A stretch of 64,000 nt of DNA from Dehalococcoidia bacterium (GCA_965242565.1 OZ251457.1:451891-515890); one strand, 5' to 3'. Shown: positions 37,717-48,591, numbered from the stretch's first letter. Notes: generated from the letters alone by a model not told the origin. Program-made: numbers and translations.

Positions 37717-39323
37717 CGAGCGACAGCCGCCTGCTCCCCCTCCTGCGGAGCACCCGTCTGCTGGTCGAACACCGTGAAGCGACGATGCAGCTCCGCGAAG
37801 TAATCGCGCACCGCCTGCTCCCGATGTTCGTCGCTCCACTTCAGCCGCTGCTGCATGATCTCCGCCGTACGCGGCGCCGCGCTGCGGCCCAGATCATGCG
37901 TCAGACCCACAGCCGTGCGGCGCAGCAGCACGTCCGCCACCGTCCGCGCCCCCTCGTGCTCGACCGCGAAGGCCGCCTGCGCGCCGATGTCGCGGTGATA
38001 CGGCGAGAGCGGCTCCGCCAGCACCGCATCCGCCGCCGTGTAAGCCGCCACCTCCGGCGCGCGCGGGCCGTAGGTGCGGCGCAGATGCTGCTCCGTCGGC
38101 GCCGGCAGAAAGCTGGCGCGCGCGTGCGGCTCCGCCGGCAGCGCCCGAATCCCCCGCGCCCGCGGACGCCCGATCTCCCGCCGCACCCGCTCCGACACTT
38201 CCCGCCCCAGCGGGCGCGCCGTCGTCAGCTTCCCGCCCACAATCGAGAACAGCCGCTCCACCCCCTCGCGCTCGTGATCGACGATGAACGAGCGTCGCGT
38301 GATCGCCCCCGGCGACACGCCGTCCGCCGCGTGCGGCAAGGGCCGCACCCCGGAATAGGCGTAGCGCACGTTGCGCCGCTCAATCCCGATCCCCGGCAGC
38401 GCCCGCGACGCCTCCGTCAGCAGATAGTCGATCTCCCAGTCCGCGATCCGCGTCGCGCCCGGATCGCCGTCGTCGTGAACATCCGTCGCGCCCAGAATGT
38501 GGTGATCCAGCCACGGCACGACGAAAATCGGACGTCCGTCCGAGCGCGCCGACAGCAGCACCGCATGGCGCGGCCCGCGGCGCTCCAGGTCCAGCACCAG
38601 ATGCGACCCCCGCGTGCCGCCGATCCGCCGCTCCAGACTCCGCCCCGTCGCCTCCAGCACCGCGTCCACCCACGGTCCCGCCGCGTTGATCACCAGCCGC
38701 GCCGCCGCCGACGAGCGCTTGCCCGTCAGCACATCGTGAAAGTCCACCCCGCGCGCCCGCCGGCGGTCGACGATCACGTAGTCGACCGCTGCGTAGTTGC
38801 GCAGATCCGCACCCGAGCTGCGCGCCTCCGCCAGATACTCCAGCGTCAGCCGCTCCGGCATCGCCACCTGCGCGTCGTAGAAGCGGTACGCAGCCGTCAG
38901 CTCGTCGGTCGAGACCGCAGGCTCGATCCGCTGCAACTGCCGTGTCGAAAACGAGCGGTGCCACGGCGTCACCTTGCGCGGCGAGAGCAGGTCGTAGAGC
39001 AGCAGCCCCGCCCGCACCACGGCCGCCGGCCGCGGGTCGCCGCGGTAGACCGGCAGCAGGAAACCGAGCGGCCGGACGAGGTGCGGACGCTTACGCAGCA
39101 GCCGCTCGCGCGACTGGAGCGACTCATGCACCAGCCCCGCGTCGCCTGTCGCTAGATAGCGCAGCCCCCCATGAATTAGCTTCGTTGACGCTGAGGTCGT
39201 GCCCGACGCGAAATCGCCCTGCTCGAGCACCAGGGTGCGATACCCCCGCGCCGCGACCGCCGCCGCAATCGCCGCCCCGTTAATCCCGCCGCCGATGATG
39301 ATCACGTCGTATTCGGGTGTCAT
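37713..39323 (-). CDS. glpD: FAD-dependent glycerol-3-phosphate dehydrogenase/oxidase
   Basis: YDVIIIGGGINGAAIA dinucleotide-binding motif; GlpD/GlpA family length; adjacent to the glycerol kinase gene. Confidence 0.8.
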   Translation of the reverse strand: MTPEYDVIIIGGGINGAAIAAAVAARGYRTLVLEQGDFASGTTSASTKLIHGGLRYLATGDAGLVHESLQSRERLLRKRPHLVRPLGFLLPVYRGDPRPAAVVRAGLLLYDLLSPRKVTPWHRSFSTRQLQRIEPAVSTDELTAAYRFYDAQVAMPERLTLEYLAEARSSGADLRNYAAVDYVIVDRRRARGVDFHDVLTGKRSSAAARLVINAAGPWVDAVLEATGRSLERRIGGTRGSHLVLDLERRGPRHAVLLSARSDGRPIFVVPWLDHHILGATDVHDDGDPGATRIADWEIDYLLTEASRALPGIGIERRNVRYAYSGVRPLPHAADGVSPGAITRRSFIVDHEREGVERLFSIVGGKLTTARPLGREVSERVRREIGRPRARGIRALPAEPHARASFLPAPTEQHLRRTYGPRAPEVAAYTAADAVLAEPLSPYHRDIGAQAAFAVEHEGARTVADVLLRRTAVGLTHDLGRSAAPRTAEIMQQRLKWSDEHREQAVRDYFAELHRRFTVFDQQTGAPQEGEQAAVAR

Positions 39324-40804
39324 GCGTCCGTCGTCCCCGCTTCAGCGTATAGATTCGCACCGCCGTGCAGCGAGCGCCAGCGTTGAAAAGCCGCCTCAAG
39401 ATCGGCCCGCGGCTCGACCCTGGTGTAAGCGAGCTCGCAGGGCGGCGGCGTGCCAAGATCGGCCTCCACCGCCAGCCGCGCCGCGCCGAGCGCCGTCGTC
39501 TCCAGATTCGCGGGCCGTAGCACCGGCCGTTGCAGCGCGTCGGCCTGAATCTGCAGCAGCGCGTCGCTGTTGGCCAGACCGCCGTCCACCCGCAGCTCGC
39601 CGATCGGCGACGGAAACGCCTCCACAATCTCCCGCACCCGAAAGGCGATCGCCTCCAGCGCCGCCCGCGCAATCTGCGCCCGCGTGGTCCCCGCCGACAG
39701 CCCGGCGATCATCCCCCGCGCCCGCGGCTCCCAGTGCGGCGCGCCGATCCCGGCCAGCGTCGGCAGAATCGCAACCCCGCCGCTGTCCGACGCCGACGCC
39801 GCCAGACGCGATAGCTTGGCTGCGTCGGCGGCAATCCCCAGCTCGGCCACCATCCAGTCGATCAGCGCCCCGACGGTGAAGACGCCGCCCTCAAGCGCCA
39901 GCGCATCGGGCGCATCGGCCGCCGCTGTGAGCAGCAGCCCCGGCGGCGGTTCGCCCGTGCCGTCTGTGCCGTCACTGCGAGCGAGCACGAACGCGCCGGT
40001 GCCGTAGGTGCATTTCGCCGCATCGGGCGAGCGGCAATCCTGACCGAACAGCGCCGCCTGCTGGTCCCCCGCCACCGCCAAAATCGGCAGCGGCTCGCCC
40101 AACAGCTCCGCCGCCGTCTCGCCGAACAGCCCGCGGCTGGGCCGCACCTGCGGCAGCGCCGCTTCGGGCACATCCGTCCACTCCGCAAGCTGCGGATCCC
40201 ACGACTCCGTCCCGAGGTTGTAGAGCAGCGTGCGCGAGGCGTTGGTGCGGTCCGTGACGTGCGCCACGCCGCCCGTGAGCTTCGCGATCAGCCAGCTATC
40301 TACCGTGCCGACCGCCAGCTCGCCCCGCTCCGCCCGCTCCCGTGCGCCCGACAAACGTGCGCCCGGCGTCTGATCGAGTATCCAGGCCAGCTTGGGCGCC
40401 GAAAAGTAGGCATCGGGCGTGAGACCCGTGCGCTGCCGAAACTCAGCCTCGTGCGCAGCAGTCAGCGCCGCCGCCCGATCCGCCGTGCGACGGCAGTGCC
40501 AGACGATCGCCGGCCCGATCTGCGACAGGCTTGAGCGCTCCCAGACCACCGAGGTCTCGCGCTGATTGGCGATCGCGACCGCTCGAACGCGCGACGCACC
40601 ACCGACCGCCCGCACCGCCTCGCGTGCGGCTTCTAGCTGACTCGACCAGATCGCCTCTGCGTCCTGCTCCGCCCAGCCCGGCTGCGGATGCTGCGTCGCC
40701 AGCGGACGCCGCGCCTGCGCACACAACCGCCCACGCACGTCAAAGACCAACGCGCGGCTGCTCGATGTGCCCTGGTCCAGCGCCAGGTAGAGCTCGCGGC
40801 TCAA
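39320..40804 (-). CDS. glpK: FGGY-family carbohydrate kinase (glycerol kinase-like)
   Basis: LALDQGTSSSRALVFD N-terminal FGGY motif; 4-nt overlap with glpD. Confidence 0.7.
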   Translation of the reverse strand: MSRELYLALDQGTSSSRALVFDVRGRLCAQARRPLATQHPQPGWAEQDAEAIWSSQLEAAREAVRAVGGASRVRAVAIANQRETSVVWERSSLSQIGPAIVWHCRRTADRAAALTAAHEAEFRQRTGLTPDAYFSAPKLAWILDQTPGARLSGARERAERGELAVGTVDSWLIAKLTGGVAHVTDRTNASRTLLYNLGTESWDPQLAEWTDVPEAALPQVRPSRGLFGETAAELLGEPLPILAVAGDQQAALFGQDCRSPDAAKCTYGTGAFVLARSDGTDGTGEPPPGLLLTAAADAPDALALEGGVFTVGALIDWMVAELGIAADAAKLSRLAASASDSGGVAILPTLAGIGAPHWEPRARGMIAGLSAGTTRAQIARAALEAIAFRVREIVEAFPSPIGELRVDGGLANSDALLQIQADALQRPVLRPANLETTALGAARLAVEADLGTPPPCELAYTRVEPRADLEAAFQRWRSLHGGANLYAEAGTTDA

Positions 40805-40810
40805 GGGGAG

Positions 40811-40927
40811 CTAGGCGTCTTCTTCCGCGTCGCGGCGCCGGCCCATCACGACCCGCGCGACGGCCGCGATCACCGCCAGCAGCGCCCCAATACCGATGAT
40901 TCGCCTCTTCCGCATCTGTCTGTCCAT
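40811..40927 (-). CDS. Possible 38-aa single-TM peptide
   Basis: MDRQMRKRRIIGIGALLAVIAAVARVVMGRRRDAEEDA; sits 7 nt after the glpK stop; speculative. Confidence 0.2.
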   Translation of the reverse strand: MDRQMRKRRIIGIGALLAVIAAVARVVMGRRRDAEEDA

Positions 40928-41040
40928 TCGTTGTCGGCGCTCCCCATCGCCGCAAACGACGGGCAACGCGCAAATCCGGATCATCGCTAGGCTAGCACGC
41001 CCGCCCACATCAGGCGCGCTGCCCATCCTCCAACACAGCT

Positions 41041-41240
41041 CTGAAAGTCTCCCCCCATCGCGGGGGGAGATTTAGAGGGGGGCGCGCCGCAACACCGCAC
41101 GCCCCGGAACCTCCGAAGGCGCCCCCAGATTCATCGCCCCGCCGACCCCCCTTCCATCGCCCCTCGGCCCCTTCCCGTCATTTCCGCCGACCTCTCCCGT
41201 CATTCCTGCGCAGGCAGGAATCCAGGCGCCCCCCGCCGTT
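41041..41240. repeat. Hairpin TCTCCCCCCATCGCGGGGGGAGA plus a MITE-like fragment (CCGTCATTCCTGCGCAGGCAGGAATCC)
   Basis: Same families as at 1801-2030 and 17700. Confidence 0.5.
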
Positions 41241-41371
41241 CGTTTACCCTGCGAACCATCAACGGCTCTCAAAATGCCGCTTCGGGGGGCTTCGGAGCAC
41301 CGAAGAGGTCATGAGCGATCGGCTGCGGCGGGAGGGGCTGTAGACTCGCTGGGCGTTCGAGGAGGACCCCG

Positions 41372-42556
41372 ATGGTCGGATGGCGGCGGGCCGCATCGCT
41401 CGTGGTGATCGCGCTGGCCGCCCTCGCGGCACTGGCGCTGACCGGCGCCGCGAGCGCCGACGATGGCGAACAAGCGGCCACCGCGCCTACGGTCTTGCAG
41501 CCGACGCAGGTCGTCGCCGCGATCCCCGAGGGCTACAACCAGCTCTTCCCGCTTCAGTGGGGCGGCGGCTCGCTCTTTCAGCTCAAGGCGCGGCTGGCGA
41601 CGATGGGCTGCATCGCGAACACGATCTGGAATCACGACGGCGGCGAATGGCGCGGCTACAACCAGTACAATGTGCCGTCGACCCTGAACGCCGACTGGCT
41701 GTCTGCGTACGGGGAGTTCGTGCCGGCGGGGAGCCTGTTCGCAACCTGCTTCGATGTCTGCGAGTTCAGCTACTTTGAGGTGCCGAGCGGCGATTTGCCG
41801 TGTCAGTCATTGGCTGAGTTCCGCGAAAGGGACTTCTACGGCATCCTCCCGTACCCCATCGATGACTCGTCCGCATGCACAGACGACTTCGACGAGCGCG
41901 TGAAGGAGCATGTCCTGCCGTCGATGCCGCTGTACCCGGACACATGCATCATTCGACAAAGCACTCCTCCCGGGGGAAATCCACAAGGGTTCACAGGTCA
42001 CCCGATCGCCTTGAGACGCAACGCCGCTACGTACCCGTACTACCCGAGCTTCGTCGTGGTCTACACGACGACGATGCCGCCGGTGAGCGAAAGGGAAAAG
42101 GTGGTGGCTCTGAACACGGAGATACACGAGCTCTGCCACACGAACCAGAGCTTCCACTTCATCGAACAGATGAAGCCTGATCTATTAATCGCGGTACCAG
42201 GGCCATCGAGCAATAGGTGGGCAGCAACTACGCCGGGCAACACCTTCATCGATCTGGTCGGATTCACACGCGACGACGACGGTGAGTGGTCGCTCCCTGC
42301 TGGCACATATGAGGGGATTTATGGCCAGCACGCCCCCACGGAATTGGCGGCCGAGATCTGCTCGATGTACTTCATCCACAGGCTGGGAGAGCGAAGCGAC
42401 TACGCCGGCAGGACGTACAACTTTGAGAAGCGAGGTTTTGAGCGGTTGCCGGACACCAGGGAGTTTGATCCGATGCAGTACCTCACAGACGAGATTGTGG
42501 AGTGGATCGAGACTTGGGTCGCGCTGCCGGCGATCACCGCTGCCGAGACGGACTGA
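41372..42556 (+). CDS. Secreted protein with an HExxH (HELCH) zinc-metallopeptidase-like motif, in a low-GC patch
   Basis: N-terminal signal peptide (AALAALALTGAASA); HELCH; GC visibly lower than the flanks (about 57%). Confidence 0.5.
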   Translation: MVGWRRAASLVVIALAALAALALTGAASADDGEQAATAPTVLQPTQVVAAIPEGYNQLFPLQWGGGSLFQLKARLATMGCIANTIWNHDGGEWRGYNQYNVPSTLNADWLSAYGEFVPAGSLFATCFDVCEFSYFEVPSGDLPCQSLAEFRERDFYGILPYPIDDSSACTDDFDERVKEHVLPSMPLYPDTCIIRQSTPPGGNPQGFTGHPIALRRNAATYPYYPSFVVVYTTTMPPVSEREKVVALNTEIHELCHTNQSFHFIEQMKPDLLIAVPGPSSNRWAATTPGNTFIDLVGFTRDDDGEWSLPAGTYEGIYGQHAPTELAAEICSMYFIHRLGERSDYAGRTYNFEKRGFERLPDTREFDPMQYLTDEIVEWIETWVALPAITAAETD

Positions 42557-42655
42557 GGGCTGGACTGCGGCGTGTGGGCGGCTGCGGGCAAGCTAAGGTC
42601 GGCCCGGAGCTGCCACAAGCAGAGCTGTGGGCCTGGAGCGTTGGCCGACCGCCCA

Positions 42656-42847
42656 TCACTCAAAATCCTCGCTGCCGTCTCGATACCCCCCGACATCGTC
42701 AAAGCCCAATAGATCGTCATCGAGCGAGCCGAGCGCGCTGCTCTCCTGGGTCGATGGCGGCTCCTCCACACCCCGCTCCCCAACCGGCTCGTCCAACCAC
42801 CCCCGCAAACGCCCAACCAGATGCCTAACAGCCGCCAAGAACGACAT
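42656..42847 (-). CDS. Small acidic hypothetical protein (63 aa), possibly co-translated with the DUF192 gene
   Basis: Starts 7 nt after the DUF192 stop; no other support. Confidence 0.2.
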   Translation of the reverse strand: MSFLAAVRHLVGRLRGWLDEPVGERGVEEPPSTQESSALGSLDDDLLGFDDVGGYRDGSEDFE

Positions 42848-42853
42848 CGCCCT

Positions 42854-43456
42854 TCACTCCCCCTCAATCACCAGCCGATCCCCCACCCCAATCCCCAGCT
42901 CCGCATACCGCCCCGCCGGCATCTCCAGCGCGTAGCTGTACGGCTGCGACGGACGCCGAATCTCCCGCGAGTGCGCCTCCAGCGTCACGAACTCCAGAAT
43001 CCGCCCCTCCGCATCGAGAAACGCCACGTGCAGATCGATCGGCACATTGTTGTTCCAGAAGCCGCCATGCACGGGCGGATCGTCGAAGATGAACAGCATC
43101 GCATTCGCCGGCGGCAGCCCCGTCGCGTACATCAACCCCCGCTGCCGCCGCGCCGACGTATCCGCGATGAACACCCCCAACTCCAGCTCGCCGCCCGTCG
43201 TCTCCATCGTCATCCGCGTCCACGCGAACTCAATCGGCTCCACGCCCTCGCCGAGCTCCAGCCAGTCGGCCAGGTTCGGCGGCCCAGCCTGCTCGGTCTG
43301 CTCTGTCTGCTCAACCTGCTCAGTCTGCGCCGCCTGCCCAACCGCCTGAGCGGGAGGCGGCGTCTCCTGCGCCGGCTCGGCCTGCCGCGAGGGCCCGCAC
43401 GCCAGCGCCGCCGCGGCGACCACCAGCACGACAGCGAGATGTCGGAGCGCGCCCAT
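42854..43456 (-). CDS. DUF192-domain secreted protein
   Basis: Signal peptide plus DUF192 core (GLMY...MLFIF...VPIDLHVAFLD); start MGALRHL chosen so the gene does not overlap the tRNA. Confidence 0.55.
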   Translation of the reverse strand: MGALRHLAVVLVVAAAALACGPSRQAEPAQETPPPAQAVGQAAQTEQVEQTEQTEQAGPPNLADWLELGEGVEPIEFAWTRMTMETTGGELELGVFIADTSARRQRGLMYATGLPPANAMLFIFDDPPVHGGFWNNNVPIDLHVAFLDAEGRILEFVTLEAHSREIRRPSQPYSYALEMPAGRYAELGIGVGDRLVIEGE

Positions 43457-43485
43457 CCCGCAAGGGTAAACTGAGCGAGCCCAAC

Positions 43486-43561
43486 GGGCCGGTAGCTCAG
43501 GGGTCAGAGCAGGCGGCTCATAACCGCTCGGTCGCTGGTTCGAATCCAGCCCGGCCCACCA
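43486..43561 (+). tRNA. tRNA-Met (anticodon CAT); elongator-type acceptor stem (G1-C72). A lysidine tRNA-Ile cannot be excluded
   Basis: Cloverleaf read by hand: GGGCCGG acceptor, GCTC/GAGC D-arm, anticodon loop CTCATAA, GCTGG-TTCGAAT-CCAGC T-arm, CCGGCCC-A-CCA 3' end; coordinates +/-2. Confidence 0.8.
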
Positions 43562-43582
43562 ACCCACCGCACGAACTCCCCC

Positions 43583-46500
43583 TCAGGCCGCCGACAGCCA
43601 CAACCCCGTCAGCGCCTCCGCCTGCTCGAGCACCGTGTCCGTCGCCCGCTCCTGCTTGTCGGGCGGGTAGCCGTGCTTGCGCAGCACCCGCTTCACCGCC
43701 GTCCGCAGCTTCGCCCGCACCGCCTCCCGATGCGCCCAGTCCAGCGACGCCGAGCCGCGCACCATCTCGACCAACTCCCGCGCGATGCCCCGCAGCTTCT
43801 CGTCGCCCAACACCTCCACCGCGCTCTCGTTGTCCGCCAGCGCGTCGTAGAACGCCAGCTCATCGTCCCTCAGACCGAGCCGCTCGCCCCGCCCCTCGGC
43901 CTCTCGCAGCTCCCGCGCCAGATCGATCAGCTCTTCGATCACCTGCGCCGCCTCCACCGCCCGATTCCGGTAGCGCAGCAGCGAACGATCCAGCAGCTCC
44001 GAGAAGTTGCGCGCCTCCACCACATTCTTCCTGCGCCGCGCCGCGATCTCCCCCTTCAGCAGCTTCTGCAGCAACTCCACCGCCAGATGACGCTGCGGCA
44101 TCCCCCGCACCTCCGCCAGAAACTCATCGGACAGAATCGAGGTGTCCGGCTTGCCCAGCCCCGCCGCGGCGAAGATGTCCAGCACCCCCTGCGACGCGAC
44201 CGCGTTCGAGACCAGCCGCCGCAGCGCGTAATCCAGCTCCTGATCGGCCTGCCCCTCCGCCGGCGAGCGCTTCGACAACGCCGTCCGCACCGCCTGGAAG
44301 AACGCCGCATCGTCGCGGATGCGCCGCGTCTCCTCGTGCGGCGCCGCCAGCGCGAACGCCTGCGTCAACTCCCGCACCGCCGCCAGACACCGCTCCTTCC
44401 CGTCCTCCTGCGCCAAAATGTGCTCCTGCGCCGCCGGCAGCAGCGCCAGACGCTGCTCCGCCGTCCCCCGCCGCCAGAGCGAGCGATCAAACCCGTGAAA
44501 CAGCCCCTCGCAAACCTCGTACTTCTCGACCAGCGCCGCCACCGCATCCTCGTGGTTCAATGTCGTCCGACCCGTCCCGCCGCTCTCCGTGTAGACCGCC
44601 AGCGCCTGCTTCAGGTCGTGCGCCAGACCCAAATAGTCCACCACCCGCCCGCCGTCCTTGTCCTTGAACACCCGATTGACCCGCGCGATCGCCTGCATCA
44701 GGCCGTGCCCCCGCATCGGCTTGTCCACGTACATCGTATGCAGACTCGGCGCGTCGAAACCAGTCAGCCACATATCGCGCACCAGCACGATCCGCAGCCC
44801 GTCTTCCGGATCGCGGAAGCGGTTCGCCAGCGCCTCGCGGCCCGCCTTGTTGCGAATATGCCGCTGCCACTCCGTCGGATCCGACGCCGAGCCCGTCATC
44901 ACCACCTTGATCTCGCCCGCCTCATCGTCCTCGCTGTGCCACTGTGGACGCAACCGCGTCAACTCCGCGTACAGCTCCACGCAGATCCGCCGACTCATGC
45001 AGACCACCATCGCCTTGCCCGACAGCGCCTCCAGCCGCTGCTCGAAATGCTCCACGATGTCCTCCGCAATCTGCCGCACCCGCGGCTTCGCCCCCACCAC
45101 CGCCTCCAGCTGCGACCAGCGCGTCTTCAGCTGCTCACGTTCCGCCGACTCCTCGCCCTCCGTGATCTGCTCGAAATTCGCATCCAGCAGCTCCCGATCG
45201 CCGCGAATGCCCAGCTCCACCAGCCGACTCTCGTAATAGATCGGCACCGTCGCCTTGTCCTCCACCGCCCGCTGAATGTCGTACACGCTGATGTAATCGC
45301 CGAACACCGCCCGCGTATCAGCGTCCCGCTTCTCGATCGGCGTTCCCGTGAAACCCACAAACGACGCCCGCGGCAGCGCATCCCGCATATGCCGCGCGAA
45401 CCCGTCGATGAAATCGTACTGACTGCGGTGCGCCTCGTCCGCTATCACCACGATGTTCCGACGCTCCGACAGCGCCGGCTGCTCCCCGCCCCCGCGCTCC
45501 GGAAAGAACTTCTGAATCGTCGTGAAAATCACCCCGCCCGACGCCCGCCGCAGCCGCGACCGCAAATCCGCCCGACTCTCCGCCTGCTCCGGCCGCTGCC
45601 CCAGCACATCCGCGCAGCGCGAAAACGTCGTGAACAACTGGCTGTCCAAATCGTTGCGGTCCGTCAGCACCACAATCGTCGGATTGCCCATCCGCGCATC
45701 ACGCGCTATCGCCCCAGCGTAAAACGCCATCGTCAGACTCTTCCCCGAACCCTGCGTGTGCCAGACCACCCCGATCCGACGATCCCCCCGCTCCCCGCCC
45801 GCGCGGCCCGTCTCGTAACGCCCGCCCGGCTCCGCGAAGCCCGCCTCCTCCGAAGCCCGCACCGTCTGCTCCACCGCGTGCCGCACCGCGTGAAACTGGT
45901 GATACCCAGCCAACTTCTTCGCCGTCGCCCCGCCGTCGTCCTCGAACACGATGAAATCGCGCACCAGCGCCAACAGACGCGACGGCTCGCACACCCCCTC
46001 CAGCAGCACCTGCAACTCCGGCATATGCGGATCATGCAGCCGCTCGCCCGAAATCGTCCGCCACGGCTTGAACCACTCCATCCCCGCCGTCAGCGTCCCT
46101 AGCCGCGCCCACACCCCGTCCGACACGATCAGTAACTCATTCATCGCAAACAGCGACGGCAACTCCGCCTGGTACGTCTGCAACTGCCGCCACGCCGCCC
46201 ACACGTCCGCCTGCTCGTCGGCCGGATTCTTCAGCTCGATCACCCCCAGCGGCAGGCCGTTCACAAACAGCGCGATATCGAGCCGCCGCAAGTGCTTCTG
46301 CTCCGACACCGTCAACTGGTTCACCGCCAACAGGTTATTCGCCTCCGCCTCCTCGAAATCGAGCGCCCGCGCCTGCGCCCCGCGCACCCGCCCCTCATCG
46401 TCGCGGTACTCCACCGGCACCCCGTCCACCAGCATCCGGTGAAACGACCGGTTGCGCGCCTCCGTCGTCGCCCCCGCCGGCCGCGTCAGCCTGGCCAACG

Positions 46501-46705
46501 CATCCTCCAGCGCCGAGTCCGGCAGCTCCGGGTTCAACTCCGCCAGCGCATCCCGCAGCCGCTGCTCCAACACCACATCCGAAAAATCCCCGCGCTCCGC
46601 CGTCCCCTCCGGCCCAAGCTCCGGCCCGTGCGCCGCCTCCCAGCCCAGACCGCGCAGCCAGCCCAGCGCCGCCGCCTCCACCGTCCCCTCATTGAACGCG
46701 CTCAC
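43583..46705 (-). CDS. hsdR: Type I restriction endonuclease subunit HsdR
   Basis: 1040 aa; helicase motifs ([10 protein letters not shown] Walker A, DEAH-like [10 protein letters not shown]); GTG start overlapping (GTGA) the stop of the upstream 140-aa gene. Confidence 0.9.
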   Translation of the reverse strand: MSAFNEGTVEAAALGWLRGLGWEAAHGPELGPEGTAERGDFSDVVLEQRLRDALAELNPELPDSALEDALARLTRPAGATTEARNRSFHRMLVDGVPVEYRDDEGRVRGAQARALDFEEAEANNLLAVNQLTVSEQKHLRRLDIALFVNGLPLGVIELKNPADEQADVWAAWRQLQTYQAELPSLFAMNELLIVSDGVWARLGTLTAGMEWFKPWRTISGERLHDPHMPELQVLLEGVCEPSRLLALVRDFIVFEDDGGATAKKLAGYHQFHAVRHAVEQTVRASEEAGFAEPGGRYETGRAGGERGDRRIGVVWHTQGSGKSLTMAFYAGAIARDARMGNPTIVVLTDRNDLDSQLFTTFSRCADVLGQRPEQAESRADLRSRLRRASGGVIFTTIQKFFPERGGGEQPALSERRNIVVIADEAHRSQYDFIDGFARHMRDALPRASFVGFTGTPIEKRDADTRAVFGDYISVYDIQRAVEDKATVPIYYESRLVELGIRGDRELLDANFEQITEGEESAEREQLKTRWSQLEAVVGAKPRVRQIAEDIVEHFEQRLEALSGKAMVVCMSRRICVELYAELTRLRPQWHSEDDEAGEIKVVMTGSASDPTEWQRHIRNKAGREALANRFRDPEDGLRIVLVRDMWLTGFDAPSLHTMYVDKPMRGHGLMQAIARVNRVFKDKDGGRVVDYLGLAHDLKQALAVYTESGGTGRTTLNHEDAVAALVEKYEVCEGLFHGFDRSLWRRGTAEQRLALLPAAQEHILAQEDGKERCLAAVRELTQAFALAAPHEETRRIRDDAAFFQAVRTALSKRSPAEGQADQELDYALRRLVSNAVASQGVLDIFAAAGLGKPDTSILSDEFLAEVRGMPQRHLAVELLQKLLKGEIAARRRKNVVEARNFSELLDRSLLRYRNRAVEAAQVIEELIDLARELREAEGRGERLGLRDDELAFYDALADNESAVEVLGDEKLRGIARELVEMVRGSASLDWAHREAVRAKLRTAVKRVLRKHGYPPDKQERATDTVLEQAEALTGLWLSAA

Positions 46706-47124
46706 GACCCGCCGCCAACCTGACAGGTGTAGGAGATGTCCGCCACCCGCACCGCGCCCAGCGCCACATTGAGAATCAGGAACGGTAGTTGGCCGATCTC
46801 CGTCGTCCGCGCGACCAGCTCCACCTCATCGCCTTCCAGCCGCAGCGAACGCCGCACATCGGCGATCAGCGACAACTGGTAGTCGGTGAGCTCGTCAAAG
46901 CACCGCGCGCGTCGCAGCCAGTCGTGCGCATCGCAGTAGTCGGTCACGACATACTCCCCGTCGCGCTCCAGAATCCAGACTTGCACCTCGTCGCAATCCG
47001 GGTAGAGCAGCGACGTGTTCACGCCGACTGCCCCGTCCGGCGCGGGGAAGAACTCGAACAGATCCGACGCCTCCAGGCGCATCTCCGTGCTCAGCGCATC
47101 CAGCAGGGCCGGTTTGGTCACCAT
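46702..47124 (-). CDS. Hypothetical 140-aa protein 'P1' (cassette gene, copy 1 of 3); no recognised domain
   Basis: [12 protein letters not shown]...[17 protein letters not shown]; paralogs at 47687..48109 and 48669..49091. Confidence 0.55.
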   Translation of the reverse strand: MVTKPALLDALSTEMRLEASDLFEFFPAPDGAVGVNTSLLYPDCDEVQVWILERDGEYVVTDYCDAHDWLRRARCFDELTDYQLSLIADVRRSLRLEGDEVELVARTTEIGQLPFLILNVALGAVRVADISYTCQVGGGS

Positions 47125-47600
47125 CTCGTGCCCCCTTCCGCTCCGTGCAGAATACCCCGATGCGTGAGGTTGATCTCTGCACAGAACTGCCGCCAGACCT
47201 CGCTTGGATCGCCGGCATCGGCTGTGATGTCCGGCGGGACATAAACCCACTGGTCGCCGAACTGCTCCGTCCAGCGGTGCTTGTGGACGCCGCGCGGGCA
47301 GTCGCAACGAAGTTTGGACACGCCAGTGCTGTCGCAAAGCGGGCCGTGGTGGACGACGCCGGGGCCCAGACAGACCCCGACCACTCGGCCTGCGCTCGGG
47401 TGGATTACGTGATAGCCCAGCGCCGCCGAAGCCGGCTTCCGCCAGCCGTACACCCGCAAGCCCCGATCAGGCGTCGAGCCGACGGCCGCCGTGAACCGCT
47501 GCGACCCGCGGTAGCCCGGTGCGAGCGTCCAGCGGATGTCGCCGACGATCTCCTTCGTCGGGTCGGCCAGCATTTCCGCGAACTCTTGCTCAGTGACCAT
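47118..47600 (-). CDS. Hypothetical 160-aa Cys/His-rich protein 'Q1' (cassette gene, copy 1)
   Basis: M(V/I)TEQEFAE(M/L)LADPTKEIVGDIRW ... HH.P.C ... RC.CPRG.HKHRWTEQF; its end overlaps P1's start codon. Confidence 0.5.
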   Translation of the reverse strand: MVTEQEFAEMLADPTKEIVGDIRWTLAPGYRGSQRFTAAVGSTPDRGLRVYGWRKPASAALGYHVIHPSAGRVVGVCLGPGVVHHGPLCDSTGVSKLRCDCPRGVHKHRWTEQFGDQWVYVPPDITADAGDPSEVWRQFCAEINLTHRGILHGAEGGTRW

Positions 47601-47609
47601 TGGGCAAGC

Positions 47610-47690
47610 TCAGCGCGCCGTCTCCCAGCCCAGACCGCGCAGCCGGCCCAGCGCCGCCTCCTCCACCGTCCCCTCATTGAACGCGCTCAC
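47610..47690 (-). pseudogene. hsdR 5'-end fragment (26 codons: [26 protein letters not shown]), copy 2
   Basis: About 90% identical to the first 24 codons of hsdR at 46705; GTGA overlap with P2, exactly as at the P1-hsdR junction. Confidence 0.6.
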
Positions 47691-48109
47691 AACCCGCCGC
47701 CAACCTGACAGGTGTAGGAGATGTCCGCGACGCGGACGGCGGCGAGCGCCACATCGAGGATCGCGTAGGGAATGTTCTCCACTTCCTGCACGCGCGCGAC
47801 CAGCTCCACGCCCTCGCCCTCCAGCGTGAGCGAGCGGCGCACCCCGTCGATCAGCGCCAGCTGCTCTTCAGTCAGCTCGTGGAAGCAACGCGCGCGGCGC
47901 AGCCAGTCGTGGCCCGCGCCGCGATCTGTCACGACGTACTCGCCGCCGCGCTCCGACACCCAGACCTGCACCTCTTCGCGATCCGGATAGAGCAGCCTGG
48001 CATTGACGCCCACATCGTCCGGCGGGACCGGGAAGAACTCGAAGAGATCCGTGAGCTCGACGCTCCGCGAGCTGGTCAACTCGTCGATCAGGGCGGGCTT
48101 GGTCGCCAT
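47687..48109 (-). CDS. Hypothetical 140-aa protein 'P2' (cassette copy 2)
   Basis: MATKPALIDELTS...[17 protein letters not shown]. Confidence 0.55.
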   Translation of the reverse strand: MATKPALIDELTSSRSVELTDLFEFFPVPPDDVGVNARLLYPDREEVQVWVSERGGEYVVTDRGAGHDWLRRARCFHELTEEQLALIDGVRRSLTLEGEGVELVARVQEVENIPYAILDVALAAVRVADISYTCQVGGGL

Positions 48110-48582
48110 GGTTCGTTCCCCTCCGGTTCCACCAGAATACCCGAGTGGGAGACATCGATCTCAGCGCAGAACTGCCGCCAGACGGCCGTCGAGTCGGTCA
48201 CATCAGCCGTGATGTCCGACGGCGCGTAAATCCACTGGTCCGCAAACTGCTCGGTCCAGCGATGCTTGTGCGTCCCGCGCGGGCAGGCGCAATGCCGCTT
48301 CCCCGCGCGGGTGTCGCGGCAGTCTGGCAGATGGTGGACCTCAATGCCCAGACAGAGCCCGACAATCCGCCCGACGCCCTCGTAGATGACCGAGTAGGAG
48401 AGCCGCGCAAGACGCGGGTTTCGCCACGCTTCAACCCGCAGCGGCCAATCGGACTGCGAGCGCACGTGCGCAGTGAACTCGTGCGCGCCGGGATGAGATA
48501 TGCTGGCCGCCCACCGAATGTCGCCGACGATCTCCTTCGTCGGGTCGGCCAGCAGCTCGGCGAACTCTTGCTCAGTGATCAT
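48088..48582 (-). CDS. Hypothetical 164-aa Cys/His-rich protein 'Q2' (cassette copy 2)
   Basis: About 55% identical to Q1 with the same Cys/His spacing; 22-nt overlap with P2. Confidence 0.5.
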   Translation of the reverse strand: MITEQEFAELLADPTKEIVGDIRWAASISHPGAHEFTAHVRSQSDWPLRVEAWRNPRLARLSYSVIYEGVGRIVGLCLGIEVHHLPDCRDTRAGKRHCACPRGTHKHRWTEQFADQWIYAPSDITADVTDSTAVWRQFCAEIDVSHSGILVEPEGNEPWRPSPP

Positions 48583-48591
48583 TGGGCAAGC

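Noticed and set aside
43456-43583. Integrase or att direct repeat expected next to the tRNA-Met that borders the R-M island
   Set aside because: No tyrosine-recombinase-like ORF anywhere between 43.5 and 57 kb, and no copy of the tRNA 3' end seen at the distal boundary; the island is therefore not called a mobile element.
47610-47690. The 26-codon [10 protein letters not shown]... ORFs (also 48592-48672) as independent small genes
   Set aside because: They are exact homologs of the first 26 codons of hsdR and end in a stop created at the cassette junction; interpreted as insertion or recombination remnants, not functional peptides.
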